64,000 bases of DNA from a bacterium (GCA_965218795.1 OZ244653.1:2496001-2560000), one strand, 5' to 3'; shown: positions 1 through 10,509, numbered from the stretch's first letter. The notes: a model not told the origin generated them from the sequence alone. Program-made: numbers and translations.

Positions 1-352
1 CAGAAACCGGGACGTGTTGGAAGGAATGATCCAGGAGGTGATCGGAACCCGTACAGCGCATGAGTGGTTCGAGATCATATCGGTCGCCGGGGTCCCTTGC
101 GGCCCGGTCAATAACATCGATCAGGCCTTTCAGGATCCGCAGGTTCTCCACCGAAAGATGGTCGAGGAGGTGGACCACCCCGTCTCCGGGAAAATTCGAT
201 TGACCGGGCTGCCGGTGAAGTTCAGCGACACGCCCGCGGAGATTCGTCTGCCGCCTCCACTGCTCGGCCAGCACACCGACGAGATTTTGGGATGCCTTTT
301 GGGTTACGACGACAGCCGGATCGAGACATTGCGGAGCGGCGGAATCATTTGA
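1..352 (+). CDS. CoA-transferase family III (CaiB/BaiF), C-terminal part; runs off the window start
   Basis: GVPCGPVNNIDQAFQDPQ and PVKFSDTP...PPPLLGQHTDEIL are typical CaiB/BaiF C-terminal motifs; frame is open from position 2. Confidence 0.9.
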   Translation, partial: RNRDVLEGMIQEVIGTRTAHEWFEIISVAGVPCGPVNNIDQAFQDPQVLHRKMVEEVDHPVSGKIRLTGLPVKFSDTPAEIRLPPPLLGQHTDEILGCLLGYDDSRIETLRSGGII

Positions 353-607
353 GTGACGGGAACGGGGCACAGCCTTTCCGTCTTGCGCGCTTTTCGATAG
401 CAGGAGGAACTCTCGATAAAGGCGATTCGCGCCCACGAGTTCGACGGTCCGGACAAATTGATTTAGGGGCTGCCCTAGCTAAGTACGCGGTTGAGTGGAA
501 TTCGTCCATGTTTTCAATGGGTTAAGCAACTCCTGGCGGTTTCCACCATTGAAGCGTCATTCGCACTCCTTCAGGAAGAGGGAAAAGCTTTGTCGCGGGA
601 TGCCGTT

Positions 608-950
608 GAAGCGCGGCAAACAAGGTCATTGTGCCATGGCGCCTGTAGTCGTGGGTGACCCCTTCCACATCGCCCAAGCCCAAGGGCAGCAACGGCTGCG
701 TGCGTTCCAGAGCCTGGACCTGGCTCTTCTCGCCCACGTACAGCACCATGGCATGCTCGGACGGATTCAGATATAGACCAATGATGTCGCGTACTTTCTC
801 CACGAAGAAGGGACCCGTGGAGCGTTTGAAGTGCGTTTGTCGATGGGGCTGCAACCCGAAGGCACGCCAGATGCGATGCACCGTATCTTTGGATACACCC
901 GCCGCCTGCGCCATGGAACGCACTGTCCACGGGGTCTCCTCTGAAGGTGC
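608..950 (-). mobile_element. IS630-family transposase remnant (internal fragment)
   Basis: [30 protein letters not shown]...[13 protein letters not shown]...[13 protein letters not shown]...[16 protein letters not shown]; the first catalytic Asp reads as Gly (VGEKS); both ends missing. Confidence 0.88.
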
Positions 951-1277
951 GCAAGATAGTGGGGCCAGCAGGGTGCAGACCAAAGGACGCCTTTTAAAAA
1001 AATACTGCTTTTTGCCGTGAACCACATGAAAATTCAAAATAGACCACACCTGCAATTCCTGCAATCGTGGCGAACGCCATGCCCAAGGGCGTTCCAGGGC
1101 CGGTCGGCAGGCCGGCGAAGGGAGTGAGCGGGGCACACCGGCCGGCATCCCATCGAAAACGCCCTTGCTTTTCCTCACTCCGCAGAACGCTTGGGTTATG
1201 ATGATCATCTGCGTTTTTTCAAATCGTCTCGGTCTGAAAAGATTGCCGCAGCAGCACGGGAATAGGAGTTTCGAAAA

Positions 1278-1673
1278 ATGAAGATCACGCGGTTACAACA
1301 TGCACTGCTCCATGTGAAAAACCTCGAAGAGGCGAAGACGTTCTACAAGGAAGTCCTTGGATTCGAAGAGATGGAGCGGTGGTTGATCGACCCGGCGCGG
1401 GACGGGGCGTGGTTCAAGATCGGCGACACGCGACTTCATTTGGCCGTCTGGGAGGACCACGCCGCCCATTCAAACTCAGGCGAGCCCCCCGACGCCTGGG
1501 ACAACCACATCGCGTTTGAAGTGGACGATATCGAAGCCTGGAAGAAAAAGCTCGAAGAGAAGGGAATCGGCTACCTGCAGGGCGTCATGGGGGGCGAGAA
1601 AATGGCCCAAATTTATTTCAGGGATCCCTCGGGGAACGAAGTAGAGCTGATTCATCACAACGTGCCGATCTGA
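1278..1673 (+). CDS. VOC/glyoxalase family protein
   Basis: [39 protein letters not shown]; AGGAG RBS upstream. Confidence 0.92.
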   Translation: MKITRLQHALLHVKNLEEAKTFYKEVLGFEEMERWLIDPARDGAWFKIGDTRLHLAVWEDHAAHSNSGEPPDAWDNHIAFEVDDIEAWKKKLEEKGIGYLQGVMGGEKMAQIYFRDPSGNEVELIHHNVPI

Positions 1674-1710
1674 ACGGTGTTCTCCTCATTCTATTGTGGG
1701 AGAAATGTCC

Positions 1711-2109
1711 ATGGCTCCGAAAGACATCATCTCACCCGCCGGTCTCGGCGAGCCAATCGGTCCATTTGTGCGAGGGGTTCGATCGGGCAACATCGTCGCG
1801 ATTTCGGGCACCAGCGCACTCTCTCATATCCAGGGCCCTCTGGATTCACGCGAGCTTCCCTCTGATTTCGAGACCCAGGCGCGTTTGACCTTCAAGAACC
1901 TGGAAGTCTCGCTCGAGGCGGCCGGACTCGGATGGGAGGACGTGATCAAGATGATGGTGATTGTCAAGCACCGGGAGGATTATGCGCGGATGAACGCTAT
2001 CCGAAAGGAGCTCTTTGAGAAAATTCCGATGGCCAGTACGACATTCGTCGCGGAACTTCTGCGTGACGACATGCTCATCGAGGTGGACGTCTGGGCCGTA
2101 TCACCGTGA
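1711..2109 (+). CDS. RidA/YjgF family protein
   Basis: ISGT, FETQARLTFKNL, NAIR, PMASTTFVAELL..DMLIEVD; carries Ser rather than the Arg usual in active imine deaminases. Confidence 0.88.
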   Translation: MAPKDIISPAGLGEPIGPFVRGVRSGNIVAISGTSALSHIQGPLDSRELPSDFETQARLTFKNLEVSLEAAGLGWEDVIKMMVIVKHREDYARMNAIRKELFEKIPMASTTFVAELLRDDMLIEVDVWAVSP

Positions 2110-2300
2110 AAGGGCTGTTACAGACGACAAAAAACCCGGTGAGGCCTTTTGGAGAGCAACGCGGCTCCTCATTTTCCCGGCGTCTGCTCGCTGCCGCAGC
2201 CAAGCTGAACGATCGAATCGTAACTCATTCACCCTTGCGCCCGGCGAGATCGAAGCAGGCCGTGCCTGCCCCAGCCCCCCCGGAAAACTCTTGTTCCGTC

Positions 2301-2333
2301 ACAACAGGGGGCCGCTTTGCGGCCCCCTGTTGT
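2301..2333. terminator. Perfect 15-bp hairpin between convergent genes, probable intrinsic terminator
   Basis: acaacagggggccgc-ttt-gcggccccctgttgt. Confidence 0.7.
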
Positions 2334-2414
2334 ACCAACCGCGTTCTTTTTTGCTCTGGACTGACTCACGAACCCCGGGACTCGAGAGGCAGACGCCCCC
2401 CTGCCCTGGTCTGT

Positions 2415-3593
2415 CTAGTTCAGCGTCTTCCAGTGGCCGTCGACCACCTTGAGGATGTAGGTCTTCTTTTCCGCATCATGGTGGTCGGCGATGCTGAAGG
2501 TGCCGGTGGGTCCCGTGTAGTTCTTGATCTTGGTCAGGCCGGCGCGAATCTTCTCCCGGTCGGACTTCAGGTCCCCCGGCTTGTTCATCACACCAGTAGA
2601 CTCGATGACCTTCGCGAGAATCAACAGATTCTCATACGCCTGAGCGGCCGTGAAGTGCGGGTCCACATCCCTCGAGACCTTCTTGTACTCGGCAAAGAAG
2701 TGCTTGAACTGGGGCGTCGTGCTGTCAAAGGTCAGCGTCGTCGTGGAATACGTCCCCTCGGCCGCTTTGCCGCCGATCTTGATGTACTGCGATTGGGATA
2801 CGTCGATGCCGCCATACAGCGCCGAGTTCATTCCTTGCTTGCGGACCTCCCGGGCGATCTTGCCGGCGTCGCCGTACCCCGAGGACATGATGATACCTGA
2901 CGGATTCTTCGCCCGCAGGCGCGTGATTTCACCGCTGAAATCCACATTGTTGTGCGGATAGCCGATGCTGTCCACGACCTTCACGCCGAGCTTTCCAAGA
3001 AGTTTGGGCAGGATCTTCGTCCCTGTGATCTTCATGACCGTGATGTTGTTGTCGTACATGATGGCCGCGCTCTTGATGTTTTTGTCTTTGACCCAGCGCG
3101 AGACGCTCAGCTTCATGGCCAACGGGGGAAAGATGGAGTTCCGGAATCCCCAGGGCTTCATCTTTCCGCGCAGTGGCGGGGCCGCCGAGGACGCCGAGAA
3201 CATGACTGTCTCAAACTCATTGGCGAGCGGAGCGACTGCCTTCACCTGGTTGCTCAGGAAGGGGCCGATCACGGCCAGGACCTTGTCCTGATTGACGAGC
3301 TTGCGGAAGCCGGCAATCGCTTGGGAGTTCTTGTTGGCGGTGTCGAAAAAAATCAACTCGACGGGCACACCCCCGATACCGCCCTTTTTCTTCAGATCGT
3401 TCATGGCGACGGTCAAGGCCTCTTTCTGATGCTGACCGTTATGCTTCAGCGGGCCGGTCAGCATTGTCAGTACACCGATCTTGACGGTCGGCCCTTCCAA
3501 CGCCACCCCGGCAACAGGAGAAAGCACCAGAACAATCGCGGCCAGACCCGCTGTCATGAACTGAAGAAATCGCCTTCCGGTTCGAACTTTCAT
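2415..3593 (-). CDS. Branched-chain amino-acid-type ABC transporter substrate-binding protein
   Basis: Signal peptide, VKIGVLTMLTGP, GGIGGVPVEL, VLAVIGPFLS, YTGPTGTFS; divergent from livGFHM. Confidence 0.92.
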   Translation of the reverse strand: MKVRTGRRFLQFMTAGLAAIVLVLSPVAGVALEGPTVKIGVLTMLTGPLKHNGQHQKEALTVAMNDLKKKGGIGGVPVELIFFDTANKNSQAIAGFRKLVNQDKVLAVIGPFLSNQVKAVAPLANEFETVMFSASSAAPPLRGKMKPWGFRNSIFPPLAMKLSVSRWVKDKNIKSAAIMYDNNITVMKITGTKILPKLLGKLGVKVVDSIGYPHNNVDFSGEITRLRAKNPSGIIMSSGYGDAGKIAREVRKQGMNSALYGGIDVSQSQYIKIGGKAAEGTYSTTTLTFDSTTPQFKHFFAEYKKVSRDVDPHFTAAQAYENLLILAKVIESTGVMNKPGDLKSDREKIRAGLTKIKNYTGPTGTFSIADHHDAEKKTYILKVVDGHWKTLN

Positions 3594-3744
3594 TTCCCTT
3601 CCCCCCCCTCATGGGTAGTCGATACCATCAGAGAAATCCGGTCCTTCGACCTCTGTTGATTCCTCTATCCGCCTCGTATATCGTGTCAAATCCTATCTCA
3701 CGATTATACCCTACTTAACTTCTTCCTTATGACAATGTTGACTT

Positions 3745-4509
3745 ATGGGAATTCTCAATATTCAGGGCCTGGGTAAATATTTCGGCCGGGTGGTGGCCCT
3801 GGAGGACGTGGACCTGGAAGTCCCGGAAGGAGGGATCTTCTCGGTCATCGGTCCCAACGGAGCGGGCAAAACCACCTTGTTCAATTGTATTACGGGCGTT
3901 TATCCCCCTGACACAGGGCGGATCACCTTCGACGGTGAGCTCCTGACCGGGTTAAGGGCCCATCGGCGGACCGCCCTGGGGATCTGCCGCACCTTTCAGA
4001 ACATTCGCCTCTTCGAACGGATGACTACGCTGGAGAACGTCCTGATCGGACGGCATTCCCGGACAAAGGCGGGGATCGCCAGAACCTTCTTACGCCGGCC
4101 TTTTCGCCCCCTGCGCGAAGAGGCGGAAAGCGAGCAGAAAGCCCGAGAGATCCTGGAGCGAATGGGACTCAAGCCGAGGGCGGAGGTGCCGGCCGGAAGC
4201 CTGGCCTACGGTGAGCAACGCCGCTTGGAGATCGCGCGCGCTTTGGCAACCGAGCCGAAACTTCTCCTTCTGGACGAACCCACGGCCGGGATGAACCCCC
4301 GTGAGACCCAGGATATGACGGCGCTGATCGCCCGGCTTCGGGACTTGGTGCCGACTATCTTGCTCATCGAGCACGACATGAAGGTCGTCATGGGAATCTC
4401 GGACTGCGTAACGGTGTTGAACTTCGGGAGCAAGATCGCCGAAGGCTCCCCTGCGGAAATCCAGGCCGACCCGGACGTGATCGAGGCCTACCTTGGTCGG
4501 GAGGAATGA
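3745..4509 (+). CDS. livG: ABC transporter ATP-binding protein, LivG type
   Basis: GPNGAGKTT, RTFQNIRLF, LAYGEQRRLE, LLLLDEP, VIEAYLG. Confidence 0.95.
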   Translation: MGILNIQGLGKYFGRVVALEDVDLEVPEGGIFSVIGPNGAGKTTLFNCITGVYPPDTGRITFDGELLTGLRAHRRTALGICRTFQNIRLFERMTTLENVLIGRHSRTKAGIARTFLRRPFRPLREEAESEQKAREILERMGLKPRAEVPAGSLAYGEQRRLEIARALATEPKLLLLDEPTAGMNPRETQDMTALIARLRDLVPTILLIEHDMKVVMGISDCVTVLNFGSKIAEGSPAEIQADPDVIEAYLGREE

Positions 4510-5232
4510 TTGGAACAGCGGCCGACAATGCTCTCGGTGAGCGATCTGTCCGCCTCGTACGGGAGAATTGAAGCCCTTCGCGGCGTCTCGCTTCAAATCC
4601 TGGAAGGGGAAATCGTCACGCTGATCGGGGCGAACGGGGCCGGCAAGAGCACACTGCTTCGCACCGTCTCAGGCATCCTCAGGCCCAGGGCCGGTTCCAT
4701 CCTCTTCGAGGGACAGACGCTCCCCCTGATGGCCCCGGAAAAGATCGTCCAGAAGGGCGTGATCCAGGTCCAGGAAGGACGGGGGATTCTCGGATACATG
4801 ACCGTTCTGGAAAATCTGGAACTGGGCGCCTACGTCCGAAAGGACCGGGAGGGAGTCCAGGCGGACCTGCGGGAGATCCTGGAGCGCTTTCCGATTCTCG
4901 AGGAGCGGCGGTATCAGCTGGGCTCCAGCCTGAGCGGGGGAGAACAGCAGATGCTCGCTATCGCCCGTGCACTCATGGGGCGGCCCCGGCTGTTGATGAT
5001 GGATGAGCCCTCGCTGGGACTGGCGCCCAAACTCGTGAATGAAGTCTTCTCCATCATCCAGGCCCTGAAGGAGGAAGGGAAAACAATCCTCCTGGTGGAG
5101 CAGAACGCCCGCAAGGCGCTCCAGTGCGCGGACCGGGGCTACGTCATGGAAACGGGGGAGATCGTGATGGAGGGAACTTCGGCGGAGCTGCTCAAGAGCG
5201 AGGGAGTCAAGGAAGCCTACCTGGGCGGATAG
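4510..5232 (+). CDS. livF: ABC transporter ATP-binding protein, LivF type
   Basis: GANGAGKST, LSGGEQQMLAIARAL, DEPSLGLAP, VEQNA. Confidence 0.95.
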   Translation: MEQRPTMLSVSDLSASYGRIEALRGVSLQILEGEIVTLIGANGAGKSTLLRTVSGILRPRAGSILFEGQTLPLMAPEKIVQKGVIQVQEGRGILGYMTVLENLELGAYVRKDREGVQADLREILERFPILEERRYQLGSSLSGGEQQMLAIARALMGRPRLLMMDEPSLGLAPKLVNEVFSIIQALKEEGKTILLVEQNARKALQCADRGYVMETGEIVMEGTSAELLKSEGVKEAYLGG

Positions 5233-5236
5233 ACGG

Positions 5237-6115
5237 ATGATACTTTTTTTCCAACAACTGGTGAACGGGCTGCTGCTTGGATCCACCTACTCGCTGGTGG
5301 CCATCGGATACACCCTGATCATGGGGACGCTGAACCTTCTTCACTTCGCCCACGGCGAGGTGTTCATGATGGGGGCGTTTTTCGGTCTCCTGGCGGTCCT
5401 GTTCTGGAATGTAAACTTTTACGTTTCCATCGTGATCGGGATGGTCGGGGCCGCGCTGGTAGGAATCCTGGTGGATCTGTTCGCCGTCCGGCCCATCCGG
5501 AAGGAGCAGCACCTGGCGCCTCTCATCTCGACCATCGGCGTCACAATCATCCTGCAGGAGGCGGCGCATTACTTTTCAGGCGGCGAGCCGTTGAGTTTTC
5601 CGTCGTCCATTACGCCCATCAACTTCGACTTCGGAGGCATCCGGCTCAACAGCGTTCAAATCACCATTTTTGGGATCGCTGTCCTGCTGATGTTCGTCCT
5701 TCACCTCTTCGTGAAGCAGACGAAAATGGGCAAGGCGATGCGGGCGACCGCGGAAAGCCCGACCACGGCGGCGTTGCTCGGAATCAGCGTGAATCAAGTG
5801 ACCGTCGCCACCTTCATGATTGCGTCGGCGCTGGCGGGAGCGTCGGGTGTACTGGTGGGACTGAGCTATAACGCCGTAACGCCGGGCATGGGGGTGCCCA
5901 TGGCCATCAAGGGTTTTGCCATCATGCTGTTAGGCGGGCTGGGGAACATCTACGGCGCCATGATCGGGGGCCTGATTCTGGGCGGAATGGAGATCCTGAG
6001 CGTTGGATACCTCGCGCCGTCCTATCGCGACGCATTCACCTTCGGCCTGATGATTATCATCCTGATCTTCAAGCCTTCGGGGATCCTGGGAGTCAGCCTG
6101 AGCCGGCGGGCCTGA
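5237..6115 (+). CDS. livH: Branched-chain amino-acid ABC permease, LivH type
   Basis: QQLVNGLLLGSTYSLVAIGYTLI, FAHGE, GKAMRA, GGLGNIYGA. Confidence 0.95.
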   Translation: MILFFQQLVNGLLLGSTYSLVAIGYTLIMGTLNLLHFAHGEVFMMGAFFGLLAVLFWNVNFYVSIVIGMVGAALVGILVDLFAVRPIRKEQHLAPLISTIGVTIILQEAAHYFSGGEPLSFPSSITPINFDFGGIRLNSVQITIFGIAVLLMFVLHLFVKQTKMGKAMRATAESPTTAALLGISVNQVTVATFMIASALAGASGVLVGLSYNAVTPGMGVPMAIKGFAIMLLGGLGNIYGAMIGGLILGGMEILSVGYLAPSYRDAFTFGLMIIILIFKPSGILGVSLSRRA

Positions 6116-6117
6116 AC

Positions 6118-6975
6118 ATGTTCAATCTCGACTGGGCGACCATCTTCCTGACCATGGGCCTTCATATCATCATGGCCCTCTCATTCTATCTCGCCTTCTC
6201 CTGCGGATTGATCTCGGTCGCGCAGGCGGGCTTCATGGCCATTGGGGCCTACCTGGCGTCCTGGATGACGGTGCAGGAGGGGTGGGAGTTCTACAGTGCC
6301 TGTCTTTTGGGAGGGATCGCCGCCGCGGTCCTCGGAACCCTCGCAGCCCTGCCCGCATTAAGAATCCGAGGGATCTATCTCCTCCTTCTCACCCTCGGTC
6401 TGAACGAGATTATCGTCGTCGTCTTCTACAATTTCGGTCCCACCGGCGGGGCCGAGGGTTTCTACGGCATGAAGGGATACACCAAGAACTGGAACGTCTG
6501 GCTGCTGGTGGCCGTCCTGTTGATCTTCTTCGACCGGCTGGAGCGCTCCCGGATGGGCCGGGCGTTCGAGGCCGTCCACGCCGACGAGGAAGCGGCTGAA
6601 CTCATGGGCGTCAACCTGACCACCACGAAAATTCAGGCGTTCTCCATCTCGGCTTTCATCGCGGGTATCGGGGGGGCGTTCTGGGCGCATTTCGCCCGTT
6701 CGATGGAGCCGGTGAACTTCAACGTATTCGTATCCATTGAATTCATCATCTTCGTCTTCGTCGGCGGAATGCGGACTTATTGGGGCGCTGTCGCGGGCAC
6801 CGTCCTGTTGTCGCTCCTCGACGAGATGATTCTTCGGAATATCACGATCGCCGGGGTCGAGTTGCGGGGCATCGCGTTCGGGGCCATTCTTGTGATCATG
6901 ATGATCTTCAGGCCGGAGGGCCTGCTGAACCGGGACCCGTTTGGATTTCTTCGCAAACGGCGGGCAATGGCCTGA
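6118..6975 (+). CDS. livM: Branched-chain amino-acid ABC permease, LivM type
   Basis: ISVAQAGFMAIGAY, LRIRGIYL, SRMGRAF, FRPEGL. Confidence 0.93.
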   Translation: MFNLDWATIFLTMGLHIIMALSFYLAFSCGLISVAQAGFMAIGAYLASWMTVQEGWEFYSACLLGGIAAAVLGTLAALPALRIRGIYLLLLTLGLNEIIVVVFYNFGPTGGAEGFYGMKGYTKNWNVWLLVAVLLIFFDRLERSRMGRAFEAVHADEEAAELMGVNLTTTKIQAFSISAFIAGIGGAFWAHFARSMEPVNFNVFVSIEFIIFVFVGGMRTYWGAVAGTVLLSLLDEMILRNITIAGVELRGIAFGAILVIMMIFRPEGLLNRDPFGFLRKRRAMA

Positions 6976-7030
6976 GCCCCGCCGGGAATCAATCGGCGGC
7001 TTTCACCGTCCGCTTCCATCCTGAGTGGGG

Positions 7031-7537
7031 ATGAATTCATCCCCCGGAGATCGCATTTTGCTCGAAACCCTGAAACGAGCCCTGCGAAGCACAACAGGAG
7101 ACGGGGATTCACCCAAACCCGCCGACCGGGAGGACGAGCTTCGCCTCGCCACTTGCGCTTTGTTGATCGAAACGGCAATGGCGGACGATGATCTCTCGGA
7201 GGAGGAATTCGACAAGGTTGTCCTGGTGATGCGCGAGCGGTTCCATCTTGACGATGGCGCCATTCACGCCCTGATCGAGACGGCGAGAGAGGAACACCGA
7301 AAGGCGACGGACGTCTGGTCCTTCGCGAACCAGATCAATGAAACGCTCACGCGCGGGCAAAAAATCGAAGTCATGGAAATGATCTGGAGAGTCGTCTACG
7401 CCGATGGCACGATGGACAAATTTGAAGATTATATGACGAAGAAGCTCCACCGCCTGTTGAGGATCGACCACGCCACCTTCATCGCCGCGAAACTCAAAGT
7501 CAAAAATGAGGTCGAGAACTCAACGCAAAATGACTGA
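7031..7537 (+). CDS. TerB-family (tellurite-resistance-like) protein
   Basis: LRLATCALLIETAMADDD, VMEMIWRVVYADG..DKFE. Confidence 0.85.
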   Translation: MNSSPGDRILLETLKRALRSTTGDGDSPKPADREDELRLATCALLIETAMADDDLSEEEFDKVVLVMRERFHLDDGAIHALIETAREEHRKATDVWSFANQINETLTRGQKIEVMEMIWRVVYADGTMDKFEDYMTKKLHRLLRIDHATFIAAKLKVKNEVENSTQND

Positions 7538-7747
7538 CCACCCTTCCGGACATTCTGTTCCATTCCGGACTCCCCGTTTTCAGCCCTCCGACTCGTTGCA
7601 AATCGCCCCTCTTTTCGATTACGAAAAGAAACAGGATGTCGCGTACTCCTCAAATTTTCCAAAGACCTTCAAGAACCCGTAAATCCCGCAAATTCACAGA
7701 CCGATAAAGCCCCCGACGGCAACTCGACACCACAGTGCAAGGCGAGC

Positions 7748-7937
7748 ATGACGATGCCGGAAATCAGCGGAACGACTTCACCCTGGGGTCCCCCCCAAGG
7801 CGGGGGCCGACGTCGATTACGGCTCCGAATCCTCCGAGCCTTCCCACTCGAAGGAGCCGAATCCGTTGGATTCGGTCGAGCCGGAGGTTCCGCAGGCGGA
7901 GCCCCGCAAGGGGAACAAAGTCAACTTCCCGGCCTGA
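7748..7937 (+). pseudogene. Possible small acidic/Pro-rich protein (~62 aa) interrupted by a +1 shift in a C7 run
   Basis: Removing one C from the run at 7790-7796 joins MTMPEISGTTSPWGPP to KAGADVDYGSESSEPSHSKEPNPLDSVEPEVPQAEPRKGNKVNFPA*. Confidence 0.35.
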
Positions 7938-7965
7938 GGCGGGCACAAGGAAGGAGGGGACGCCT

Positions 7966-9045
7966 TCATCGAAAGGGCCCCTCCTTCTTCGATAGCCGTT
8001 CGAGGGCCTCGAACGGATCTCTCTCCGCCTCCGCCGCGCGCTTGAGCAGGTCGACCATCCTCGGGAGGTCACGGCCGATGTCCTCGAAGATCCTTCGCAT
8101 CCGATCCCGGTCTTCAAAGTAGAGGCGAAACGAGAGGATATAGGCGTTGTTCAGTTCCACCGGAAGGCCGGTCAACTTCCGATCGAACTGAAGACGTTCT
8201 TTCAAGACGGGATGGCTCGATATATACCGCTGAAGGATTTCCCCCCGGAGCTTCAACTTCTCCGGTTCGGCGGTCTGCTCCCGGTATGCTGTAGCGAGGT
8301 CGGCGTAAAGCCGGTCCAGAATATCGAGAAATTCTTCCCCCTTCCTCAGTCTGAGCCGATACAGCCTCAGCTCCTTCGAGTTCGCTCCGAACCACTCTTG
8401 GAGAAATCGCTCCGTCCCTTTGCACTCCACCAAGACGGCCGCCTGTTCGTTGAACGAGGCAAACCCCTTGCGGAAGAAGGTCGCATGGACGGATTCATGG
8501 ACGAGGACCCCGACGAAGGCTCCGAGGTCTCTCCCCAGCATCCCCGGCACCACGGGGTCATCAAACCACCCCAGCGTGCTGTATGCACGGACCAGCCGGA
8601 CATTCGTATCCAGATCTTCCCCGTGAAGCCTGGATTCCTCGCCAACCGCGCGCTCTTTCGAAAAGAACCCTTTATAGGGAAGGCTTCCCACAATGGGCCA
8701 CCACCATTCATGACGGCGGAAACGCGTTCGCTCAGCGGCCGTGACGACATAAACCCTGAGATCCACCGGCGCATACTGGGTGTACGCCCCGCCCGGGCTC
8801 AGGCCGATCCGCCGGGAGAAGTCACGAACCTTGGAAATCCATTGGAGACGGTGGCGGACTTGCGGCTTCAGATCGGCCTGCGGGTCTTTCAGATATGCTT
8901 CGATCGGCCTCCGTTGCGAGAGGAGCCTTGCCTGATTGTACCCGAGCCGGAACAGATAGGGGAACGTGTCCAGCGCGCAACCGGACATGAGAATGACGCC
9001 TGAAGACCACACCACCCATCGAAAATATCGTTCGAAGCGTTTCAT
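7966..9045 (-). CDS. Putative zinc aminopeptidase, probable lipoprotein
   Basis: LMSGC lipobox-like motif, WWWPIVGSLPYKGFF, AYSTLGWFDDP, HESVH (HExxH), FNEQAA, LNNA. Confidence 0.9.
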   Translation of the reverse strand: MKRFERYFRWVVWSSGVILMSGCALDTFPYLFRLGYNQARLLSQRRPIEAYLKDPQADLKPQVRHRLQWISKVRDFSRRIGLSPGGAYTQYAPVDLRVYVVTAAERTRFRRHEWWWPIVGSLPYKGFFSKERAVGEESRLHGEDLDTNVRLVRAYSTLGWFDDPVVPGMLGRDLGAFVGVLVHESVHATFFRKGFASFNEQAAVLVECKGTERFLQEWFGANSKELRLYRLRLRKGEEFLDILDRLYADLATAYREQTAEPEKLKLRGEILQRYISSHPVLKERLQFDRKLTGLPVELNNAYILSFRLYFEDRDRMRRIFEDIGRDLPRMVDLLKRAAEAERDPFEALERLSKKEGPFR

Positions 9046-9096
9046 TCGGAACCATTTCTCAACCAGCTCGCCCGGGCCGATCAACCCTGCAAAAGC

Positions 9097-9129
9097 TTGA
9101 CATTGAGTGTCCGGTTCGGACACTATACT
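9097..9129 (+). promoter_or_regulatory. Sigma70-like promoter elements with an 8-bp palindromic operator, upstream of the methyltransferase
   Basis: TTGACA (9097-9102) and TATACT (9124-9129) with agtgtccg-gtt-cggacact (9106-9124); the 21-bp spacing is non-canonical. Confidence 0.45.
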
Positions 9130-9204
9130 TACATCAATAGCGTGGTTCCCGGACAAGATCATGGCACACAGAAGACAGAGACTCCGCTATCAGAACTTGG
9201 TGAC

Positions 9205-9919
9205 ATGAGTTCGGCGCACCAAAGAAAATCGCCCGACGGCATTGCGACCAGCGATATTATCTGTAGTGCGAAAATCGGTCTGAATGAAGAGATATTCCCA
9301 CATATCCTCGATTTGCACGTCCCTGCCGGATCGACTGTAGCGGATGTAACTTACGGGAAAGGGATTTTCTGGAAAAAAGTACCGCCGGGAATCTATGAGC
9401 TTATTCCGTCGGATATAGAGACGGGCGTTGATTGCCGTGATCTTCCATACGACAACGATTCCATTGAGCGCCGGCCCTTGCGTTGTTCTGGACCCCCCTT
9501 ACATGGAAGGATTCTACCGTTCCAAGAGGGCGAATCTTGCAGGCAGGGGGACGTATTCAGCATTTCGAGAGACATACTCGAATGGGAAGACTCAACGTCG
9601 AGGACCGAAGTATCACGCTGCCGTACTTGACCTCTATTTCAAAGCTGGCAGTGAGGCTTTCCGCGTACTCAGACCTTACGGCGTGTTCATCGTAAAATGC
9701 CAAGATGAGGTAAGTGCCAACCTTCAGCAATTAACCCATGTTGAGTTGATCAACGAATACACTCGGAAAGGTTTCTACGCCAAGGATTTGTTCGTTCTAG
9801 TTCGTTCCAATCGCCCCGCCGTCAGTCGCATCCTGAAACAAGAACATGCGCGCAAGAATCATTCCTACTTTCTCGTCTTCATAAAGACTAATGGTAGGAG
9901 CCCTCGGTGGAGGAAATAG
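9205..9919 (+). pseudogene. Amino (N4/N6) DNA methyltransferase, frameshifted
   Basis: Motif I VADVTYGKG in one frame; [28 protein letters not shown] in another; deleting 10 bp (9468-9477) restores [11 protein letters not shown]. Confidence 0.87.
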
Positions 9920-9923
9920 GCTC

Positions 9924-10509
9924 GTGGGCATCCTAGAAGACTGGGGAATTACAAACGACGATTTGAACATTCTCTTATCGGAACGGCCAAGCGTTCGAGG
10001 GGAATACAAACTTCAACGCAGTGTATTTTCGGACGCTAGAATTCATAAGCTGATTCGTTATGATGATGCATGATCGAAGTCGCTTGGCTGATTTCAGCTT
10101 TGAATATCAAGGTGAGCAAATCACCGTTGAAGTCAAATCTTTACAGACAAAATCGGTTCAAAACACTAATGGAGGATTTTCCGGCAGATGCCAAGTAGAT
10201 GCCAGCGACAGACGGCCTGTGACATTACCTGACGGGAGCATGCTTGAAACAACGTGCTTGCTTGCGGGAAGGTTCGACATCCTTGCGATAAATCTGTTCG
10301 AGTTTGGTCAAGAGTGGAAGTTTGCTTTCATAAAGAATGATGATCTTCCACACTCAAGATTCAACAAATATACCGAGTACCAGCGCAAACATCTTCTCGC
10401 TACCACCGTAAAGGTAACGTGGCCGCTAAACCCGCCTTTCCAGGGTGAGCCATTTCCTCTTTTAGACGATATTGTGAAGCAACGCCGACTAAGAAGGCAA
10501 TCATCATGA
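9924..10509 (+). pseudogene. Type II restriction endonuclease (PD-(D/E)xK), frameshifted
   Basis: GTG start after GGAGG; YDD|HDR joined by removing G10068; AD...VEVKS catalytic motif; adjacent to the MTase; AT-richer than flanks. Confidence 0.72.

Noticed and set aside
2106-2900. 264-aa plus-strand ORF
   Set aside because: Runs through a terminator hairpin and is antisense to the binding-protein gene
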